From Phoronis australis (Eukaryota > Animalia > Phoronida): a DNA stretch of 64,000 bases. Shown here one piece after another: positions 36,778 through 64,000 of this stretch. The stretch is from assembly GCA_002633005.1 (NCBI GenBank), contig NMRA01000049.1, forward strand, positions 1,216,039 to 1,280,038. The letters run 5' to 3'. Both the position numbers and the translations under genes were made by a program. The notes below the pieces were generated by a model. The model saw nothing but the letters and a program-made list of their open reading frames with translations, ran no database searches and had not been told where the DNA came from. The number at the start of each line of letters is the position of its first letter. The first letter of the stretch is position 1.

Positions 36778-38203
36778 ATGGACAGACGTGACACTGAAAG
36801 CAGCGACAGTGTAGAAACTGAAGAGTTTAATGAAATGTGCAGCGACATGCAAGATTTAGAAGATGGAGAGTTTACTTTTGGACCGATAGCGCCGTACAAG
36901 TTCGAACGAGAGGAATCTAATTCTGAAAGTGAAGGAAAGGAGAAAACCAGCCGACAGTCATGGAACCTGCTACAGACCGCCTCAGAGGCAAAGTTCGTTG
37001 TTGGTGAGTAAAATATATAAGAATAATCAATCAAGAAAATTGCTAAGACGGTCAATTCAAAATAAGCGGATAATATTTCTTGTGGTCGAAAATAGGGGAA
37101 ATTATGGAGCAAATTATTACCCTGAAATTCCAAGTGATTTAGTGTTTGATTTCCATAACATTTCTTTCTTGGCTTCACCATAATTTTGACGAAGAAAACT
37201 AACTTGATGAGCATACACCGCGACATCGCCCCAAAACTGAGTTGGAAATCACTCATTTTTACCTTGCCAGAATAGTATGCGTTGCATTCAGGTTCCAACA
37301 CAACACTGCTGTGACAGCAGTGCAAGTCAACTGGTCAATTTGCATTTTTAAATATCTCTGATAGACACAAATAACAGCACCCCACACCGACAGGAAGATC
37401 TAAGCAATTGACGTGTGATCAAAACATCAAATAAAAACTACAGTCAAAACTAACACAACGAATATGTTGCCTAAAAGACACAACAAAATTTGTCATTTCT
37501 CTAACTATCGTTCTTCATTTGAAAATTAAAAATGTTCGATTTCTAGGTGTACATGCGGTAACTGTGAACCAATGAACACCGAAAGGGAATGTATTTGCTG
37601 CAAAGAAATTCCCCAAACCAACGACAAACTGGAAGGCACTTCAGCAGAATGCATCACAGACCACCAAGGTTTCAGCACAGTATGCTTGAACCAATGGGTA
37701 TTGGAGACAACCTTCTGGACGTACCGCCAACACTATGGTCAACTTCCGGAGCACACCCTGCACGAATGAGAGTACAGCTACAGTCGTGAACAGGTCGTAC
37801 GGCGCCTTTTCATTTTAATTCATACTGTTCTTTCCTGTTGCGTTGTTTACAGAAACCATAGTTTTAAGGTCGTGGTCACTCATGAGAGTACCACATATTC
37901 CATGGAAGATTAAACCACAAAATAGGCTTCACGAACCCTCTACTCACAATATCCTAATTATGTAGGTCACTTGCTAGTCTGCCTAAACTTATGACGATAA
38001 AATTCATCTAACCTTCAGTAAATGCACATTTATCTAATTTCAGGAAATATTGACACAGAGTCTACCACCAGCTTGCCAAATGGTGCTGGCATTTCCTTGG
38101 AGAAAAGAATAGGGTTGTCCTTCCAGCCTGTTCAGTAAAGAAAATACGTACAACATTTAACAGCCTGACTTATAAAGGATTTGAACTACCCGACACGAAT
38201 TAG
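36778..38203 (+). pseudogene. 3-exon P2X7-ballast-like (Kolobok KolX-type) pseudogene
   Basis: Exons 36778-37003, 37547-~37765 and 38044-38203 read IAPYKFE; DRL..WCTCGNCEPMNTERECICCKE; CITDHQGFSTVCLNQWVL; KY*HRVYHQLAKWCWHFLGEKNRVVLPACSVKKIRTTF..YKGF. There is a frameshift in exon 1, a damaged donor after exon 2 and an in-frame TGA in exon 3. A possible TTAA|AG terminus lies at 36685. Confidence 0.85.
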
Positions 38204-38937
38204 TACTAAAATTAACTTATACTGATATTTTAAAAGACACAAGATAATACGCATTTAAACCTTCACCACTTATTTTATTTGTTTCCTTACTCAAAAGAAA
38301 CAAAGAATCTATTATGCGACGTACTCATTGCACTCGCAGGTTAACTCACACCTGCGACCAGCTGTTCACAATGTGTTTGCGCTCTTTCACAATGATGACG
38401 TCAATAAACCAGTCTACTATGACTGGTCAAAAGAATAGAAGGGTTTCCGACGGGGGCATATAATATGGGTGGCATAAAATGTGTAGTAATTAGTTAGTGC
38501 TTGCACGGAATAAAATGAAACAAAGATATGATGCGCTAAAGTACATACATTTAACATATCTAAAAGGCAGTTGGCTCATTTTAGGGTGTCCTGAAGCATA
38601 TGTTAAAATCAAGAACATGCTTAAAATGTTTGAATTGCAGGAATACTCCTCCACAGGGTCACGTTCCTAATCCTGCCGAAAAAACCCTTACTGCAAAACA
38701 ATGAGGGAAACATCCTATGGGACTAAGTCCAATGGCAAGTGGATCCATTTGAGATTGAAGACAAAGACCACTACCAAACTGTGGACTACTTCAGCAAGTG
38801 CAACAAATTAAGTGCATCCACCAGACAACAAGTTCCCAGTAATCACGACGCTGAAAAAGCATTTTGCACAATCACTGATTTCAAAGCAATTTAACTCTGA
38901 AAGCAGTCTACAGCTTATCTCAAAAACTTCATGCAAA

Positions 38938-39136
38938 TGTTGGGCATCACCCATACTGTTGGGCACCATTCATACTATTGGGCATCACCCATACTGTTGG
39001 GCATCACCCATTCTGTTGGGCATCACCCATACTGTTGGGCACCACCCATACTGTTGGGAATCACCCATACTACTGGGCATCACCCAAACTGTTGGGCATC
39101 ACCCAAACTGTTGGGCATCACCCATACTGTTGGGCA
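38938..39136 (+). repeat. 19-bp minisatellite (TGTTGGGCATCACCCATAC)n, running into a gap
   Basis: About 10 visible units. Confidence 0.95.
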
Positions 39137-39567
39137 NNNNNNNNNNNNNNNNNNNNNNNNNNNNNNNNNNNNNNNNNNNNNNNNNNNNNNNNNNNNNNNN
39201 NNNNNNNNNNNNNNNNNNNNNNNNNNNNNNNNNNNNNNNNNNNNNNNNNNNNNNNNNNNNNNNNNNNNNNNNNNNNNNNNNNNNNNNNNNNNNNNNNNNN
39301 NNNNNNNNNNNNNNNNNNNNNNNNNNNNNNNNNNNNNNNNNNNNNNNNNNNNNNNNNNNNNNNNNNNNNNNNNNNNNNNNNNNNNNNNNNNNNNNNNNNN
39401 NNNNNNNNNNNNNNNNNNNNNNNNNNNNNNNNNNNNNNNNNNNNNNNNNNNNNNNNNNNNNNNNNNNNNNNNNNNNNNNNNNNNNNNNNNNNNNNNNNNN
39501 NNNNNNNNNNNNNNNNNNNNNNNNNNNNNNNNNNNNNNNNNNNNNNNNNNNNNNNNNNNNNNNNNNN
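39137..39567. other. assembly gap (N run)
   Basis: Continuous N. Confidence 1.
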
Positions 39568-40531
39568 ACGAACCCTCTACTCACAATATCCTAATTATGT
39601 AGGTCACTTGCTAGTCTGCCTAAACTTATGACGATAAAATTCATCTAACCTTCAGTAAATGCACATTTATCTAATTTCAGGAAATATTGACACAGAGTCT
39701 ACCACCAGCTCGCCAGATGGTGCTGGCATTTCCTTGGAGAAAAGAATAGGGTTGTCCTTCCAGCCTGTTCAGTAAAGAAAATACGTACAACATTTAACAG
39801 CCTGACTTATAAAGGATTTCAACTACCCGACACGAATTAGTACTCAAACTAACTTATACTGATATTTCAAAACACACAAGATAAAACGCTCTTAAACCTT
39901 CACCATTTATTTTATTTGTTTCCTTACTCAAAAGAAACAAACAAAGAATCTACTATGCGACGTACTCATTGCACTCGCAGGTTAACTTGCACCGGCGATC
40001 AGCTGTTCACAATGTGTTTGCGCTCTTTCACAATGATGACGTCAATAAACCAGTCTACTATGACTGGTCAAAACAATAAAAGGGGTTTCCGAAGGGGGCA
40101 CATAATGTGGGTGGCATAAAATGTGTAGTAATTAGTTAGTGCTTGCACGGAATAAAATGAAACAAAGATATGATGCACAAAGGTACATACATTTAACATA
40201 TCTAAAAGGCAGTTGGCTCATTTTAGGGTGTCCTGAAGCATACGTTAAAATCAAGAACATGCTTAAAATGTTTGAATTGCAGGAATACTCTTCCACAGGG
40301 CAACGCTCCTAATCCTGCCGAAAAAACCCTTACTGCAAAACAATGAGGGAAACATCCCATGGGACTAAATCCAATGGCAAGTGGATCCATTTGAGATTGA
40401 AGACAAATACCACTACTGAACTGTGGACTACTTCAGCAAGTGCAACAAATTAGAGTGCATCCACCAGACAACAAGTTCCCAGTTATCACGACACTGAAAA
40501 AACAGTTTGCACAATCACTGATTTCAAAGCA
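39568..40531 (+). repeat. near-identical duplicate of 37931-38888 (includes ballast-like exon 3 at 39681-39840)
   Basis: Starts ACGAACCCTCTACTCACAATATCC in both places and is collinear, with scattered substitutions. Confidence 0.92.
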
Positions 40532-40697
40532 TCACCCATACTGTTGGGCATTACCCATACTGTTGGGCACCATTCATACTATTGGGCATTACCCATACTG
40601 TTGGGCATCACCCATACTACTGGGCATTACCCATACTGTTGGGCATCACCCATACTATTGGGCATCACCCATACTGTTGGGCATCACCCATACTGTT
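40528..40697 (+). repeat. 19-bp minisatellite, second array
   Basis: About 9 units of TGTTGGGCATCACCCATAC, with the same internal variant (GGGCACCATTCATACTATT) as the first array. Confidence 0.95.
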
Positions 40698-41185
40698 TGC
40701 AACCACCACCATCAGTCAGAAAACAGTAAAGCTGAATCTGACAGGATTTGGAGATGTCATCTCAAGTACTCAGTGCAAATGTCATCATACTGTACCTTAT
40801 GAAAGCTAACTAAAGTCGAATACGTTAATTTTAAATAACAAACAATTTCACTAAAAATATTTGAATTTACAAATAACGCTTAATGCATGATTGATGACTG
40901 CTGTGTAACAAAATGTTACAATGGCGTAACAAATGAACATGACTAACAATGTCACCCGCCAAATTGTTTTGCACCCATTATGGTGCAACTGCACTGTCTG
41001 CTCAGTAACTGTACAGAGAAAGCACAGCTTACAACACAACTGCCCTATTAAATGGCGTACCTGAGTCTTAACATAGGTCCCCTCTCTTGAATTCAGAAAT
41101 CGGCAATGTTGGATGAGCAATTACCTTGTTCATAAGTGCAACTTTCAACGATAAGAATAAGTCTGTTCCTTAAACAAACACTCAA

Positions 41186-60582
<19,397 letters not shown>

Positions 60583-62236
60583 CTGAAAATGGGAGGCATA
60601 ACATGACCTTCTAAAACAACGCCACTAAATTAAGAACCTCAAAATACTTCCCAAACCTGACCACAAGATAGCCTTCACATTGATTTTCAAACATGATACT
60701 TGTAATGTACAATAACAAATGGATGAATTACTGCTGCAATGAGAAATGCATGATACTTTACGGTTCCTGACACACCAGGCCAGGTTTTTCATCACAAGCT
60801 ACATACCCAACTCAGATAATGAGGATAATTAAACTGTCAAGTGTTTGCCCAGTAAAAAACTATAGTAATAGCCAGTTCCCACAACTCTCTGACTCTGCAT
60901 TATTTACTCATGGGCTGTACACAGCTGCTGTGCTAACTAATGACTTAAATTAAAATTAGCTTGCCGTTTTTTATTGCTAATACAAATGAAGTTTTACTGT
61001 TGAACAGAGAACACTTTTAAAGTTTAAAAATATCTCCGTATGATTTTGGAATTGCTTGGTGCTCTCAAGGAGTTGAGATAAAACTGACATTGAACATATA
61101 TCAGATGGGGCCAAAAAAGTATCATTATTAAGCAAGTTAAATAACTTAGAATGCACAGTACTTTAGAACACTTATCCATTACAAACATTATCCAACAGCA
61201 CAAATTTTTATATGGAAGAGGACATGTATGCACTATTACCATGGTGACTGAATAGTGTTTCCTTAAATTAGAATTTGAGAAGCATGATGCAAAAATAAAA
61301 AGTTGCAAGGAACAAGAATTGGAGGCTTGAAGCTTCACAATCCAACATAGCCTATTTCTCTAATTAAGATTCTTCATATTGTTGCCTTGATAACTCGTAA
61401 CTTATCCCGCTGTCGTCCAAGATGGCCAAACAAGTGACCCAAATTTCGCCACAAAAATTGCAATAACTTCTCACTGCTTGTCCCGATTTTGATACTTTTT
61501 CTTGAGTTTTATTGAGTAGGATGCATTATCTTTTCGATGATAGCAAAGTATTTTTTCAAAACAAAAAAAAAATTGTTTCGACCGCCCTATCTCCAGGCTA
61601 AGGCTAAGCTAGCCAGCCTGTCGCCAAAATACTGCTGGATGTACCACCGTGTGTTAATTAATCTTCCATAGACCCTGAAATTGCACACAGCCAGGGTAGG
61701 TCTGCTCGTCAGCTTGCCATGAAACCTACATGTAGAGCTCAAGACTGGACGGGGTGCATGCAAAATCTGGGAGTCAACCGACACTTACCTTGCCAGTTAC
61801 AACCGTTTTAAAAGTGAAAAACAATCTAATGAACGTCACTTTATGGCACAATTCTTCGCCTTTTGTAACACTGAAGAGTATTTCGTCGTTTTGAAAACAG
61901 TATGCTCATGTCACGTGCACGTGCCATTTCCTACAAATTTTGCTGCATCTCTCAGGAGATGATGACAACTTCGCAGAAGCAAATTTGATTCTGAAATTTG
62001 GTTTGACGGTATTAAAATACAAAAAACTTGTAACTAAATGAAACCAGTTCCAATAATTTGTTGTGACATTTACGTAACCTCCTAGAAAAAGAACAGTTGA
62101 TTGAAGAATCGGTGAAAAAAGAAACTGGCCAATAGGTGACGCAATATTTTATGGCACCGAAAGCCGTCACTAAAAGATCGCACCACAGCTTTAGCAGCAG
62201 AACAACGGTAGAACATCATTTTTTCCAACACCGTTA

Positions 62237-63054
62237 CACAGTGTACCTAATTATCGGACGGAACCTAAATATCGGACATTTCAAAAAATCTTACTTGAAG
62301 CATAATCTGCGAATTAAATGACACCAATTGTTGTTCCGTTGTAATGCATTCAATGTTGGGCACCGTCTCGTTTTTTACAGCGTTGCCTCGTTTTGATTCC
62401 ACCGAGAGAGGGTGCAATTTAGACCCCCAAGTAAGCCTAAAATGGCCGATCGCATAAATCGGTTATAAAAGTTGAAAATATAATCTTTCACAATGAAACT
62501 TTCTCATTGAACTGACAATATGTTACTGTTCCATTTTTTCATTTGTTTTTAAACTCAAGTCAAACCCCGACCGTGCACGTGCGGGTGTCATATCAAGAAG
62601 CCAAAGTGATACTAAAAACTGCAGTGAGTTTGCACGTGCTTTAGTCGTATGCACTAATTCATCGAAATGACTTGGCGCCGTCATCAGCTTTCATTTTATG
62701 GATAATTTTGTTGCGAACGGACCCGTGTTCTAGCAGCATATATATATCAAAACACTCAAGCTGAAATTTGGCTACAAGGTGCCCGCGGCCATTACGTGGT
62801 TCATCAGTTTTCCGCGGTGTGGCGTTTGGGGAAACATGGTGTCCGATATTTAGGTTCTCCGAAGGTTTGCTTGTTGTGTCTTTTAAAGTTCAGTCGGAAC
62901 ATAAATGTGGCTTTCGGTGACAAGATATAGTAACAGAACAATTCTATAAAGGTAAGTCTTTATTTCAGCAAGGAATTTACAACAATCCGTAATACTTTCA
63001 ATTAAATATAATGCAAAATGTGCCAAAACGTCCGATAATTAGGTCACTTGACTG
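62237..63054. mobile_element. Tc1/mariner/pogo-type MITE (~820 bp)
   Basis: TA|CACAGTGTACCTAATTATCGGACG ... CGTCCGATAATTAGGTCACTTGACTG|TA imperfect TIRs, with internal repeats of CCTAAATATCGGAC in both orientations. Confidence 0.7.
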
Positions 63055-64000
63055 TACATAATTTAGTTTACTCAAGGAAGACTGTAGTTTTTGAAGACCC
63101 TAATTTTGTGTCAGATTTTATCTTACCTCTTTTAAACCCCATCGGCGCAAAGCAGTATATTAAGCGTATACAGCTTTGTGCCAAGGCTCACGCTAATGGC
63201 TAAGCCGTTTACTTTAGCCTCAGGTATATGCGCAAAAAGCAACGTGACTTTGACGTTTTAGTCACTGTGAAGCATAAAGTTTCTGGTGCATGAAGCTCCT
63301 AATAGGAGCTACACCGTTTCTACTGAGCCAGCTAATGACGTTGGCCACTGTCTATACAACTGTCGTAATAGTGCATGCCACAAATAATCGACCCAACTAC
63401 AAGTAGACTAGGCAATGACCATCGCCTCTGTTGGCCCGAAGCAGAGGCGATGTAGAGGCTATAGGCGCTCTGTACGCCGGAAGCTTTTCGGCGAATTATG
63501 CCTCGCACCGACTAAACCATCAAAGTCACGTTGTTATAAATACCTTTTGTGCATAGAGGAACACCTTAGGAGGTTGTCGATGTGTTTAAGTCCTTCCAAC
63601 TCCAACAAATACTCCCGTTATGAAACTTTTTCTTCGATCAGTCCCTATTTCAGTTCCCAAAATCGTGAAATCAAAATTTTCATTTTTTTTAACCAGGTCG
63701 AAGGTCAGAAGTTGCGATCCTACCGGCGAACTTTGAAAGCAGAAGTTCCCGCCCTTTGCGTACGTGCTGCCGGGAACCAGCCGTGCATTTGCCGTGTTGT
63801 TAAACATTAAAATGTCAAATATGTGCACAAAGACTATTAAATGTCATATCAACAGCATTTATTTTTATCAAATACAAACAATAATTCATTGAAATACAAA
63901 CAGTTTCAAGTAACGCCAATTAAAGACAAGTATAAGTGGTGGCATTTTGGAAACGAACATTTGACTGACAAGACCGCAATGGCTCACCTTTGGCCTATTT

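Noticed and set aside
63987-64000. Possible end of an upstream DHX33 exon (AAAG|GTGAG on -)
   Set aside because: Only ~14 nt are visible and no Walker A exon was found between it and 60582, so it cannot be supported.

Overview
Intron-rich, AT-rich genomic DNA from an invertebrate animal (the repeat types suggest a marine lophotrochozoan; this is inference). Two conserved housekeeping genes point toward each other. On the + strand are the last 10 coding exons of the WD40 splicing factor CDC40/PRP17 (1583-10098). On the - strand are 17 coding exons of the DEAH helicase DHX33 (60582-41186). The 5' exons of both genes were not found in the window. The ~31 kb between their 3' ends is a nest of transposon relics: pogo, Kolobok transposase and P2X7-ballast-like (KolX-type) genes, an ISL2EU-type SWIM ORF, a DIRS/Ngaro-like element, BEL/Pao gag, L1/Tx1 RT, and an unidentified PHD-ending ORF family. 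Almost all of these read on the + strand, which suggests a unistrand piRNA-cluster-like locus. The most notable single object is a TA-flanked pogo transposon with perfect 24-bp TIRs (27373-31698). It carries an intact, spliced, divergently transcribed 149-aa stand-alone HIRAN-domain gene. A hAT (ZNF862-like) transposase pseudogene and several MITE/SINE relics lie in DHX33 introns. Two N-gaps are flanked by duplicated sequence and may be haplotype or assembly artefacts.
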